Source: a virus
Length of the DNA: 64,000 nt
IMG/VR virus record: IMGVR_UViG_3300025168_000036
Strand: one strand, 5' to 3'
In this document: piece by piece, positions 36,793 to 46,855 of the stretch
Layout: each line of letters starts with the position of its first letter
Position numbering within the stretch: the first letter of the stretch is position 1
The notes under the pieces: model-generated
What the model saw: only the letters and a program-made list of their open reading frames with translations
What the model was told of the DNA's origin: nothing
Databases searched by the model: none
Made by a program: the position numbers and the translations under genes

Positions 36793-37758
36793 TTAAGCAT
36801 CAAATCTTACAACAATACTTATGTCATAATCATTTGAATTTTTTAGTGGTCTTGCAAGCTTACCAGTTGCACAAAGATCTCCACTATCATTATATAAACC
36901 TACAGTAGTTATATATGGAGAAAATGCACTTGATGTCACAACACTTCTTAATATATAGCTACCTGTTCCTTCGGCTCCTGCAGCAACTCCATTGTTTGAG
37001 CCACTTAATATTGTTGGATTAACTGATTGATTATATTCGCCATCCTGTATTGTGCAATAGTATTCATGTTCAGTCATTGAAAGAGTACTTTTAAAGTATA
37101 TATTCCTTGTTCCAGCAAATGCATTACCATTTTCATTCTCCATTTCTGAATAAAGAAGATCTGCCCCAGCTCCCTGTATAACTATAATTCCTGAGCCATA
37201 GAATATATTTCCTTTATGGAATCCGGCAGGGTTAGTAATATTTCCATTGCCATCGTCTATCAAGCTGAAGCCAATGCCACCAGAGTGTGATACTACCAAT
37301 GATCCAGGCTTTATACCTTCACCTATTACATTTGTAGGCAATTGCCAAATTGATCCTGTTGTAAAAGATGCAGCAGGGTTATAGAAGCTATTTGTGTTTC
37401 TTAGTCTATTGTATTCATGTGCATTCTGGCTTGTATGTTCAGACACACCATCAACAAAAGACTGGCTTATTGAACCTGTTCTGTAAAACGTATGTAGTAG
37501 ACTTGAGTATACTAGTCTGTCATATAATGGTCCAGTTGTTGTGCTACCAGTACTACTTTGTATTGAAGCTATACCTTCGTCATCACCGAAAAATTGGCTT
37601 GCACTATAGTATGCTCCATATCCACTATGTCTCTTATACTTACCGTATTTGAATCCAAGTGTGGTAAGATCTGTGTGATGAATATTCCACTCTTTGTGTG
37701 ATTTAAAGTCTTGTATGGAGATGTCATCAGGAAGTAAATCCTTATAAGTAATTGACAT
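36793..37758 (-). CDS. Baseplate/tail structural protein
   Basis: GEGIKPGS, DDGNGN, C-terminal PYITTVGLYN...KLARPL; paralogous C-terminus to the next gene. Confidence 0.65.
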   Translation of the reverse strand: MSITYKDLLPDDISIQDFKSHKEWNIHHTDLTTLGFKYGKYKRHSGYGAYYSASQFFGDDEGIASIQSSTGSTTTGPLYDRLVYSSLLHTFYRTGSISQSFVDGVSEHTSQNAHEYNRLRNTNSFYNPAASFTTGSIWQLPTNVIGEGIKPGSLVVSHSGGIGFSLIDDGNGNITNPAGFHKGNIFYGSGIIVIQGAGADLLYSEMENENGNAFAGTRNIYFKSTLSMTEHEYYCTIQDGEYNQSVNPTILSGSNNGVAAGAEGTGSYILRSVVTSSAFSPYITTVGLYNDSGDLCATGKLARPLKNSNDYDISIVVRFDA

Positions 37759-37770
37759 TGCTTATCTCCT

Positions 37771-38868
37771 TTAGTATTCTAGCTTAACCTTAATTAATGC
37801 CTCTCTAGTAAAGTTTTTTAATAATGGTTTGCTTAACTTTGCAGTAGCTACCAATTCATTTTCATCATTAAACATACCTACAGTTGTCACATATACTTGT
37901 GGATCTCTTACCATAGTTGCATGTCTTATTTGACCTGAGTCTGGCAATGTAAATGTTGGGTTTGTACTAAAGTTGTAGTCACCATTTTTAATTCTGCAGA
38001 AATAGTGTGCAGATGTAATATCCTCTTGACTCCTTGCAACAAATGAAGAACCAGTATTTATATTTCTCCATATTGAATGATGGTGTAATAAATCTGTATT
38101 TGCTGATGATGTATATTGATGTAATGTAAATGCAGGGAATGTGCCTCCAGTATATACATTGGTTGCGGCTGTTGTAGTTGGTGATATTAATCTCTTTGAG
38201 AGAATCATTGTAGCAGCTTCAGGGTAAAACAGACCATATATATGAGTTGAATCAGATATAGAAGTATCAGAGCCACTAACTATATTATAGACAGACTTTC
38301 CACCTTTTGTAAGTGGTGAGTTTGATTTGCTATCATCACATAATGTAAGAACGTGAGACCCAGATGATAAAGTCAAGGCCCAGTTTCCTGGATTCATTTG
38401 TTCCTTATAGTTTCTTCTGTCAATTGTTATTGCAAAAAACTCATGGTCATCAGTACCATTAACAGTAAATATATCATCAGTAGCATCAAGTAATATATTT
38501 GCATACTGTGTGTATATTGCTTTTGAAGGTGTCATACCTTGTGATGCACCAGAACCAGAAGCAGAACTACTTCCAAAATAATTTCCGTATGCAACAGTAA
38601 ATTCTGGTTGTGTCCTAGCAGAATCGGAGAAGCTTTGAACATAATAGTTATTATGAGTTGCAGAAGATGTGAAGAAAGCTGCAGCCTTTAATGAGCCTGT
38701 TGTTCCAGCAGTCCACATTCCGTCAGTTACTGCTATTTTAGTATTTGATTCAATGACATCTTCAGACTCAAAGTCTTGAAAGACCTTAGCTTGAATCTGT
38801 TGTCTTCTTTTAACTACCTTTTGTTGTTGGATAGCTCTTCTATTTAATTTTGATATTCTTCTTGCCAT
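37771..38868 (-). CDS. Baseplate/tail structural protein
   Basis: C-terminal YVTTVGMFN..ELVATAKLSKPL.K. Confidence 0.65.
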   Translation of the reverse strand: MARRISKLNRRAIQQQKVVKRRQQIQAKVFQDFESEDVIESNTKIAVTDGMWTAGTTGSLKAAAFFTSSATHNNYYVQSFSDSARTQPEFTVAYGNYFGSSSASGSGASQGMTPSKAIYTQYANILLDATDDIFTVNGTDDHEFFAITIDRRNYKEQMNPGNWALTLSSGSHVLTLCDDSKSNSPLTKGGKSVYNIVSGSDTSISDSTHIYGLFYPEAATMILSKRLISPTTTAATNVYTGGTFPAFTLHQYTSSANTDLLHHHSIWRNINTGSSFVARSQEDITSAHYFCRIKNGDYNFSTNPTFTLPDSGQIRHATMVRDPQVYVTTVGMFNDENELVATAKLSKPLLKNFTREALIKVKLEY

Positions 38869-38880
38869 TTAATTATCCCG

Positions 38881-39519
38881 TTATGCTAATATATCTAGTG
38901 ATGCATCCTTTTTAATTGTCACTGGAATGTCTACACTACCACCTGTTTCATTTGCAGTTATTGTTATTGTTGTTGTACTATCTACTGTTAATTGTTTTGC
39001 TACCAACTCAAACCTTAGACCAGTAACAGAAAGAGACTTAGCATCATCACCTAATACATCAGATGTAGTAGCAGATCCTATTGAACCACCTTGTGCCACC
39101 CTTAGTATTGCATAGTCACTATTTCCAAGTGTTGCGGTGTAGCCTAATACAGAATTACCATTTGATATATTTGCAGTAGTTGGTGTAATTACTTGTCTAC
39201 TTCCAGGTCTTTGTAGTGTTATTGAAGATAATCCAGTTTCTAATACTGGAAGTCTTAATGTATTTTTACCCAAAGAGATAAGCTTGTATTTCATCATTTG
39301 AGTTTCTAATGGGAAAGCCTCTAGCATTGGTAGAGACTCTATTGCCTCACCATACTTATCTGATCCTTGATCATGTCCTGTGTCCCAGAGCCTGTAGTCT
39401 ATTTCATCATCTGCTAATGCAAATTTTGTAATTTCTAGCTCACCTTTAGCCAACAGCTCTCTGCCCTTCTTTGTAAGAATTGCATCTACTGTTAAACTTG
39501 TATTATCTAAATATCCCAT
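38881..39519 (-). CDS. Virion structural protein
   Basis: DAILTKKGRELLA...ITKFALADDEIDY; late motif and SD upstream. Confidence 0.65.
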   Translation of the reverse strand: MGYLDNTSLTVDAILTKKGRELLAKGELEITKFALADDEIDYRLWDTGHDQGSDKYGEAIESLPMLEAFPLETQMMKYKLISLGKNTLRLPVLETGLSSITLQRPGSRQVITPTTANISNGNSVLGYTATLGNSDYAILRVAQGGSIGSATTSDVLGDDAKSLSVTGLRFELVAKQLTVDSTTTITITANETGGSVDIPVTIKKDASLDILA

Positions 39520-39550
39520 ATTGTTTCTCCCGAGTTGTATTGTATTTAAT

Positions 39551-39559
39551 ATAAATATC
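39551..39559 (-). promoter_or_regulatory. Putative late promoter GATATTTAT
   Basis: Exact motif. Confidence 0.6.
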
Positions 39560-39586
39560 TTTTAGTATATTTTTTGTTACGTATTA

Positions 39587-42500
39587 CTATGTTACGTTTA
39601 ATTTTCCACCTCTTGTATTTTCCCTAACAATAAGCTGGTTTGTTTTAATTAATATAAATGACACCAAAGGTCCACCATCAACAGTATCATCTGTATTTGT
39701 GTTGAATCCGTCAGCTCTTTGTTTACTACCTAGATAGTATAAGTTTTGTAAACCTTGATTTAGTTTTTCAAATCTTGGCAGCCTATGCCTTAGACTGCTT
39801 TCTGTTGGTGCGAAGTCTCTAACTCCATGACCAGCAGTAATTGCCCTTGAATCCATCCAAGTAAAGTTTTCCAGACTTGATGTTGTACCTAGCTGCCATG
39901 ATGATTGTGATACCCACAACCCATTTGAATACATACCTTCACCCGACATATCTACTAATGCAACATATGTATCTGCATTAGAGTAGTCTCCATCTCTTGA
40001 AAGAGCAGGGTCAAACAACTTATCTGTGCCTATTGCATTTATAAAGCTAGCAGTCATATCAGTTACTACACCTTCAAATGTAAAGTTTTCTCTGTATTCA
40101 TCTCTTTGCCTTACTCCTGATGAGTCAAAACTTTGTAATGAAGGACTTGTAGCATCATATAATACACTTGGTTGACCTTGAACCTTTGACCTTTCTAGAG
40201 AGTGAGGCTTTATAATTAGACCTACCCTCTTTACTGCTCTTGCAGGTAATAAGTTTTCAAGCTGTCTAAAGAACCCTTTATTAAAATAGTTTAGAATTTT
40301 TGCAAATTCAAACGGATTGCCTGCTTTAGAATATTTCTTAAAGTATTCATCTCTTAACTCTTTAAGCTGTGGATAGTGAGTTTTATATCTATCCCTTGGG
40401 TCACCTACAAAGTCATCAACTCTATTTTCACCAAATTGATATGCTATATCTAAGTCTGTATTATCTGTTGGTGATAGTGCAACCTGAACTATATTTGAGT
40501 CTTTTCCTATAAAGTCTAGTGAGCTACTATCATGAGTCTTATTTGGAGATAAGAATCCATCACTATATGTTTCTAAGTTTCTTATCTTTCTATCACTTCT
40601 TTTATTACCTATAGAGTTAGGTACAGATATATAGTGTTCTTCTATTTGCTCTTTATAATTTCCATCTGTATCTGTTTCATTTCTAAAATTCTGAAATAGT
40701 GCCCAATCTTTTACTGTGGTGCCATTATAAAAATAACTTGAAGGTTGACTTTGATTTGGATGACTTGAGCTAACATGTATCTCGCCTTCTATTTCATTAT
40801 GATTATATACAACACCATCAGATCCTAGCGTAAACCTTCTTACTAGTGTATCATATGAACTTGTATAATGATTACCAAAGTATGCTGTTGGTGCCATAGT
40901 ATGCTTATGGAATGTTTCTTCGCTTATTTCTTCTGCATATTCTCTATATTCTTGTAATGAACCTGAAAAGTTCATATCCGGAGCATCTGTACTATAGCTC
41001 CAACCGCTACCAGTTGTAAAGTGTTGGGCCCAATTACTGGTGTATGATGGAAGGAATAGCGAGGAATATCCTAGCTTATATTGGGTATTACTTAGTACAG
41101 TCTTAAACTGGTCATTATAATCTGCAGCAAGTCCTCCACCAGAACCATTTACTGTTAATTGTGCAGTTCCACTATGTGTTATCTGGTTGTCCTCATGATC
41201 GCCAGACTTAGCACACCTTAGTGTATAAACTACATTTACACCACTTGATACTAATGGTACATCTGTTGATAGCTGTAAATTCCACCAGTCGCCATCAAAT
41301 ATAGGTAGTTCTATTGAAGCAGAAACAATAGGGTCTGAATCTGTTTCTCCTATATAAAACTTAACCGCACCAACACTTCCAGTCCCACCGCCTATAGGTT
41401 GTAGAAGTATTCCCCATCTATTTGAGCCTAGTATTAGTGATTGTGGAGTTAGTTGTGAAGACTGACTATATGACTTAAATCTTAGTTGGATAGTTTGAGG
41501 AAAAGCGTTGACATCAAGACCATTAATATTTGATGAATTGTGTGATGATCTACCTAAGCCTATACATGCACTTTCACTTATATGTATACCATAATTATGC
41601 TTAGTTATTTCTTGAAAGTCAGCTCCATCAATTGGTGCACTTCCTCCAAACTCCTGAACATTCATAAGAGTTTTAGGTATGCCATAGCAAGATAAGAATG
41701 TATTTATACTTCTTTTTGTACCTTTACTTTTTAGCAGTTGAGGTAGATTATTTAGAATTCTTTTCCAGATCTGCTTATCGACATCTTCAAAGCTTGGAGT
41801 TTCTTTTCCTGGTATATATGAGACTGAGCCTCTATATCTTTCTGGTTGTGTATATAAGTCTTGAACTGACTGTGTTGTCATTAACCTACCATATACTCTT
41901 ACATCATCCAAACTTCCTGTGAACATGTTGTCATCTGAGAATGGGGTAGTCTCTGATTTACCACCTATAGATATACCTTGTCTTTCAAATGTTTGGCCAT
42001 GTTGTGTTCCATATGAAACTGATGAGGATGGGAAATTATAACTTGCATCTAGTCCAGTTTGAGCACTTGTGTCTTTTAACCTATGCTGCCCATTAACAAA
42101 GAAGTCAACAACTTCATTTCTATCAACATTCATTACGTAGTGGGTAAGTGAACCTGTTGCCTCGCTATTTGTTATAGTTACATTGGTGGCAGATAGACCT
42201 CCGTTCTTGTCAGCAAATAATACCCCTATTCCTGAACTCAGACTATTAAAGATGCCGAATCCAGGGCCTTGTTCTACAACACCGTCCTCATCATTATCAC
42301 CATATGATCTTGCATCCAATATTGTATACAGTCTACTACTCTCAAAAGTCCATGCTGTTGAGTCAAATTTTGCCCAAAACGATACTGAAAAGCTACCTGA
42401 ATTTATCCAGTCACTTTCTCCTGCAGCATATGTTGACATAGACCCACTTGGTGTTGAATAGACACCTGCATTCCCAAATGCACCAACTTCTGTGCTAAAG

Positions 42501-44275
42501 TTTTCAATTGCTTCTTGGTTATATACTGTATCACCTGAGCCATCAATTGTTCTTGCAACATATGTTCTATTATACTTACTTGTATCTGCAAGTGTGAAGT
42601 TTCCGTCTTTATTTTCATATCCTACCCTTAATAATAAGTCATCATAATATGATTCAACTTCATTTCCAGGTACATAGCTACCACTTGCATCTGTTCCATT
42701 TACATAATCCCAAAGTTCGGCAAGATCAAAACCAGGTTGTAATGTCCAGCCCATACTCTTAGCTGCTTCATAGATTAGGTCTTTAGATATACCTTCATAA
42801 AGGCTTTCGTCTCTATTATTTATTTTTGCAATATGCTTTATATATGTATATATTGAATCAAAGTGGTGTCCTATCATATCTACAAATAATAGATAGTCAG
42901 AATTACTACTATCAAGCTTAATATGGTCTGGCACTTGCTCCTTAAGTGTGTGAGGATTATTTGTATCATGATAGCTTGCAGTTGCCAACTGTCTTGTAAA
43001 CCAGTCTGTTGCTTCTACGCTTTCTGCAGAAGCCAATGTGTAGGGTTTAGATGAATTTGTTTTAGGCCAAGTTGAGTTATAATATGATACATAGTTTATA
43101 TCTGTCTTAAAGTCTTCTATATCTAGTCTGTTTCTGTCCTCACCTGCAGAGTGTGATGAGTAATATAGATACTTTTCATAGCCATCAAAACTTACCTTTA
43201 TATCATTTAGCTTTGACTCATATATTGCTTTATTCTCTAAGAACTCTACAGAACCTGTTGCACCTCCATGTAATAAGCCATCAAGCTGTGAAGTTACAAA
43301 ATCTACTTGGCTATTATAATATTCTATTTGCTTAACTTTTAACTTAAAGTTATTTAATCTCTCAGTTGCAGAACTAAAGCATACAAAGTTATTATAATCT
43401 CTATAGTCTACATTAAGCGTTGAATTAATATTACTAGAACTTAATACAAGATTTTTTATACTTTGAGTAACACTACCGGTTGCATTAAGCAGCTGATCTT
43501 GACTTCTATATTCTACTGTTCCTGCTTGAGGTAGCTCATTATAGCTATATCTAAATGCAGGTTGTCTAAGCCTATTGTGTTCCTCTTCTTGTTCATCTTG
43601 TAGCTGTACATTTATTGTTGTTGTAAAAGGTAGTAGCTTTTGGTGGTATAGATTTAGTATATCACCTTCATTAATTTCATCTGGTAATGGTTGTGCTAAT
43701 CTTAATATTGTAGAGTTTGACTTTCCGTATTTATCTCTTGCCCAAGAAACAACCATACATTCATATGTTGCATTAAACCATGCAACTGCAGTTTGTTGTA
43801 TTATATCTCCTTGAGAAGCTTCACCTGCATCAGACCACTGTCTAAATTTACCAACAGAGGCTTCATCATCAGTATATGCTAGCTCAACCCTTATCTCTCT
43901 TCTGTCTGCAGAAATTTCTGGTACTATAAATGTTGCATCAGTGTTAAATATTCTTTGATAGAAATTACCTATTAACATAAACTCACCATGAGTTATCTGA
44001 AATTCATCTGCAACTAAGCCATAAAGGTCAATCTTAAATTTGTTTTCTGAGAACGAAGTGTATTGCTCTTCTGAGTCTCCTGTATATATAAATTGTATTT
44101 CATTATCTTGATAGAACTTTAATATAAAGAAGTCTTCTGTATTTGGGCCTAGTATAAGTGACTCATCTGTGAATCTAGACAACGTTCGATGCCATACCTG
44201 ATGTGGCAAAGATATTATTCTCTCACCTATTGTATACTTTGGGTCTTTCTGACCGTTATCTAAGAATAGCTTCAT
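39587..44275 (-). CDS. Large baseplate wedge-like protein with inserted LamG/ConA-like domain
   Basis: MIGHHFD, LPQLLKSKGT (gp7-like wedge motif); FSVSFW...FFVNG...FTGSLDDVRVY (LamG). Confidence 0.7.
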   Translation of the reverse strand: MKLFLDNGQKDPKYTIGERIISLPHQVWHRTLSRFTDESLILGPNTEDFFILKFYQDNEIQFIYTGDSEEQYTSFSENKFKIDLYGLVADEFQITHGEFMLIGNFYQRIFNTDATFIVPEISADRREIRVELAYTDDEASVGKFRQWSDAGEASQGDIIQQTAVAWFNATYECMVVSWARDKYGKSNSTILRLAQPLPDEINEGDILNLYHQKLLPFTTTINVQLQDEQEEEHNRLRQPAFRYSYNELPQAGTVEYRSQDQLLNATGSVTQSIKNLVLSSSNINSTLNVDYRDYNNFVCFSSATERLNNFKLKVKQIEYYNSQVDFVTSQLDGLLHGGATGSVEFLENKAIYESKLNDIKVSFDGYEKYLYYSSHSAGEDRNRLDIEDFKTDINYVSYYNSTWPKTNSSKPYTLASAESVEATDWFTRQLATASYHDTNNPHTLKEQVPDHIKLDSSNSDYLLFVDMIGHHFDSIYTYIKHIAKINNRDESLYEGISKDLIYEAAKSMGWTLQPGFDLAELWDYVNGTDASGSYVPGNEVESYYDDLLLRVGYENKDGNFTLADTSKYNRTYVARTIDGSGDTVYNQEAIENFSTEVGAFGNAGVYSTPSGSMSTYAAGESDWINSGSFSVSFWAKFDSTAWTFESSRLYTILDARSYGDNDEDGVVEQGPGFGIFNSLSSGIGVLFADKNGGLSATNVTITNSEATGSLTHYVMNVDRNEVVDFFVNGQHRLKDTSAQTGLDASYNFPSSSVSYGTQHGQTFERQGISIGGKSETTPFSDDNMFTGSLDDVRVYGRLMTTQSVQDLYTQPERYRGSVSYIPGKETPSFEDVDKQIWKRILNNLPQLLKSKGTKRSINTFLSCYGIPKTLMNVQEFGGSAPIDGADFQEITKHNYGIHISESACIGLGRSSHNSSNINGLDVNAFPQTIQLRFKSYSQSSQLTPQSLILGSNRWGILLQPIGGGTGSVGAVKFYIGETDSDPIVSASIELPIFDGDWWNLQLSTDVPLVSSGVNVVYTLRCAKSGDHEDNQITHSGTAQLTVNGSGGGLAADYNDQFKTVLSNTQYKLGYSSLFLPSYTSNWAQHFTTGSGWSYSTDAPDMNFSGSLQEYREYAEEISEETFHKHTMAPTAYFGNHYTSSYDTLVRRFTLGSDGVVYNHNEIEGEIHVSSSHPNQSQPSSYFYNGTTVKDWALFQNFRNETDTDGNYKEQIEEHYISVPNSIGNKRSDRKIRNLETYSDGFLSPNKTHDSSSLDFIGKDSNIVQVALSPTDNTDLDIAYQFGENRVDDFVGDPRDRYKTHYPQLKELRDEYFKKYSKAGNPFEFAKILNYFNKGFFRQLENLLPARAVKRVGLIIKPHSLERSKVQGQPSVLYDATSPSLQSFDSSGVRQRDEYRENFTFEGVVTDMTASFINAIGTDKLFDPALSRDGDYSNADTYVALVDMSGEGMYSNGLWVSQSSWQLGTTSSLENFTWMDSRAITAGHGVRDFAPTESSLRHRLPRFEKLNQGLQNLYYLGSKQRADGFNTNTDDTVDGGPLVSFILIKTNQLIVRENTRGGKLNVT

Positions 44276-45708
44276 AAACTTATCTCCTTGTAGTCATCAA
44301 AATTATTTCCATCATATATATACTCAATTTCATTTTCATAGACCTTAAATCTAATGTGAACCTTTCGTATTGTTTTTTTATTTTCTATCCTAAAAGCTTT
44401 TGGGCCAGTTGTGTAATTTGGAGTTTGTATTCCTGCAGAAAGTCTTCCTAACTTTGATAGCTCAAGTGTTGGTTGAAAGTCAACTTTTGCCCAACTAAAA
44501 AAATCTCTTTCGTGTAGCTCTCTTATTGTATATACTGTTTTTCTAGGCCTATAGGTTTGCCCTTCCGAGTCTCTCTTAAATCCAAATTTTGCATTTTTGT
44601 TCTTTGTTGTTTGCCCAAATTTGGAAGCAAAAAGATCTACCTCAATCTTCCAATTATCCTTATAGTATTCTGGTATTGTTTCATAATCTTCACATGTAAA
44701 GTGCAACATAAATCTGTGGTGTGCCCAATATCCAGAATTCAAACCAGTACTATTTGTCTTTGATTTATCTACTGCAAATAAACCTCCATGCCTTGATTTT
44801 GGCCTAGTCATTAAGTCATCCCAAGCCCAATATGTCTGGTTTTGCTGCCTATATGAACCATATTTATTACTTACTTGAAACTTTCTACTTATTGTAGCAC
44901 TTCCAAAGTCATTATATACTTCTGCAGTTATAGTTTGTATTGTATTGTCTTTTTCACCTACATTAAATAATTGAATATATTCATTGCCACCATAGAGCCC
45001 TTCCTTTATAACTTCACCATCATGATAGAACTTATACTTTAAACCTTTATCTATTCCCTTCTTTGTGTCTAAGTCAATATAGTTTACTGCATCAAAGATG
45101 AAGAATAGTGCATGGCTGTCTTCTGAGAATTGATATACATAGTCTGTTAAATTTTCTGATTCTGGAGATGGAGAGTCTGGAAATACCCACCAATTGGAGT
45201 CAGGCACCTTCTGGCCAGATTGATCTGTGACATCTCTAAAGTTTCTTGCACCTAATTTTATTTGTATTGGTGCAGCATTTGGTAAAGGATTAGCTGCTAG
45301 TAACTCATCTGTTATCTCGCAGTCTATTTTATCTCTAAATGTTTGCGATTCAAACTGAATATTATTAGGTGGTATTTCTATAATTGGATATCCATCAGCC
45401 TCTTTGTCAATTAAGAATCTTCCTTGATTGTCAAATTTATATAATGCATCAGATTCATCTTCAAATATTGAAGGTATATTTCCAAATCCAGCCTGGTTAG
45501 TAAATTGTGGCATATCTGAGATTTCAGTTTCAATTGCCTCTTGTGCTGCATCTCTTACACTTTTACCTTTAACATTAAGACTTTTTACTAGCTTCTCATT
45601 TTTCTCAATGTCTGCAATTGCAGAAGCTAACTTATTCTCATCTGTTGATGTGAGTACCCACCTTCCAGTTGCTTTTGGTTTGTCTTCTGGTTTCTCTATT
45701 CTTCTCAT
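44272..45708 (-). CDS. Hypothetical baseplate-region protein
   Basis: 478 aa ORF in the baseplate operon. Confidence 0.65.
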   Translation of the reverse strand: MRRIEKPEDKPKATGRWVLTSTDENKLASAIADIEKNEKLVKSLNVKGKSVRDAAQEAIETEISDMPQFTNQAGFGNIPSIFEDESDALYKFDNQGRFLIDKEADGYPIIEIPPNNIQFESQTFRDKIDCEITDELLAANPLPNAAPIQIKLGARNFRDVTDQSGQKVPDSNWWVFPDSPSPESENLTDYVYQFSEDSHALFFIFDAVNYIDLDTKKGIDKGLKYKFYHDGEVIKEGLYGGNEYIQLFNVGEKDNTIQTITAEVYNDFGSATISRKFQVSNKYGSYRQQNQTYWAWDDLMTRPKSRHGGLFAVDKSKTNSTGLNSGYWAHHRFMLHFTCEDYETIPEYYKDNWKIEVDLFASKFGQTTKNKNAKFGFKRDSEGQTYRPRKTVYTIRELHERDFFSWAKVDFQPTLELSKLGRLSAGIQTPNYTTGPKAFRIENKKTIRKVHIRFKVYENEIEYIYDGNNFDDYKEISL

Positions 45709-45709
45709 A

Positions 45710-46846
45710 TTATACTACCTCGAAGTGATCTTTGGAGTCAAAATATTCAACTCCACCTTCTGCAATTCTATCTACTACTTTGATTACTGGTTTATATATT
45801 CTATCTTTTGGGAAGCCTTCAAGTGGTACATCAAAGTACATACCTTCTGAATCTGCACATACCTTAGTAAATATATCATCATATCCTAATATCTCTTCAT
45901 CTGTTCTCACATCAACAATTGAGTAGTATGATCTTGCGGATGTAAATGTCTTTATTGTATCTGCCTGTGGAGAAGTCGAATAAGATGCTGTTGGGAATGA
46001 TTCTCTTACAACAGGTCTAAATCTTACTGTAGATCTACTATCATACTTTCCAGAGTTACCTCTATAATAAACTGTTGCCTGGTCTGTTCCAATAACTTTA
46101 TTTGTTGAACTCCAACTATAGTCATCATATTTAAGCTCAAGTCTTGGTTGGTATACTGTATGTGTGTCATTTGAGAAAAACTTTTTTGAACCTACAAATA
46201 TGGCTCCATGTTCTTCATCATTCGGAGTATGCATAATCATTAAGCCATTCATATTAGTTCCAGAAGATTCAGTTACCAAACCATAATATGTAGTTATATC
46301 AAATGTCATATCATATTGATCGGCATCATGATAATATATATTGCTTGGGTAACCTGATTCAGCACTACCACTATTACTACCTGTATAATAGACTGGGCCT
46401 TTTGAGCTTTCTTGGTATTGATAGCTTTGTGTTAAACCAGCAGCCCTTAATGTTGCTTCTGATGTTCCAAATATATTATGAGTTATTGCAACTGCTCTAC
46501 TCTTCCAAGTAACTCCAGTTGTTTGGTTTGTTTTTTGTGGGCTATCAAAATACTTTTCTGTACCTTCAGTCCAAGACTCATATAATCTATTAGCCTGAAT
46601 TGTTACAGCTGAGGATCTATTAGATTCATCTTCTACATTTGCAGCAAAAAGCTTTAAACTTGCACTATTGTAGTTATCTGTGTGTGGTCGGATATCTATT
46701 AGTATCCTTGAAGCTTGGTTTGTAGCCATGCCCCAATTATCTTTATTTCTAACACCTAACTCCAATATTGGATCAGCACCAGAATTTAGATGTTCATTCC
46801 ACTCATAAATTGAGGTTGCCCTTTCTATTTTTTTTATAGTTATCAT
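45710..46846 (-). CDS. Virion structural protein (DNRLRE-like carbohydrate-binding fold)
   Basis: SRILI, SWTEG, GVTW, FDIT, FFS.DTHTVYQPRLE motifs. Confidence 0.55.
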   Translation of the reverse strand: MITIKKIERATSIYEWNEHLNSGADPILELGVRNKDNWGMATNQASRILIDIRPHTDNYNSASLKLFAANVEDESNRSSAVTIQANRLYESWTEGTEKYFDSPQKTNQTTGVTWKSRAVAITHNIFGTSEATLRAAGLTQSYQYQESSKGPVYYTGSNSGSAESGYPSNIYYHDADQYDMTFDITTYYGLVTESSGTNMNGLMIMHTPNDEEHGAIFVGSKKFFSNDTHTVYQPRLELKYDDYSWSSTNKVIGTDQATVYYRGNSGKYDSRSTVRFRPVVRESFPTASYSTSPQADTIKTFTSARSYYSIVDVRTDEEILGYDDIFTKVCADSEGMYFDVPLEGFPKDRIYKPVIKVVDRIAEGGVEYFDSKDHFEVV

Positions 46847-46855
46847 AATTTATCC

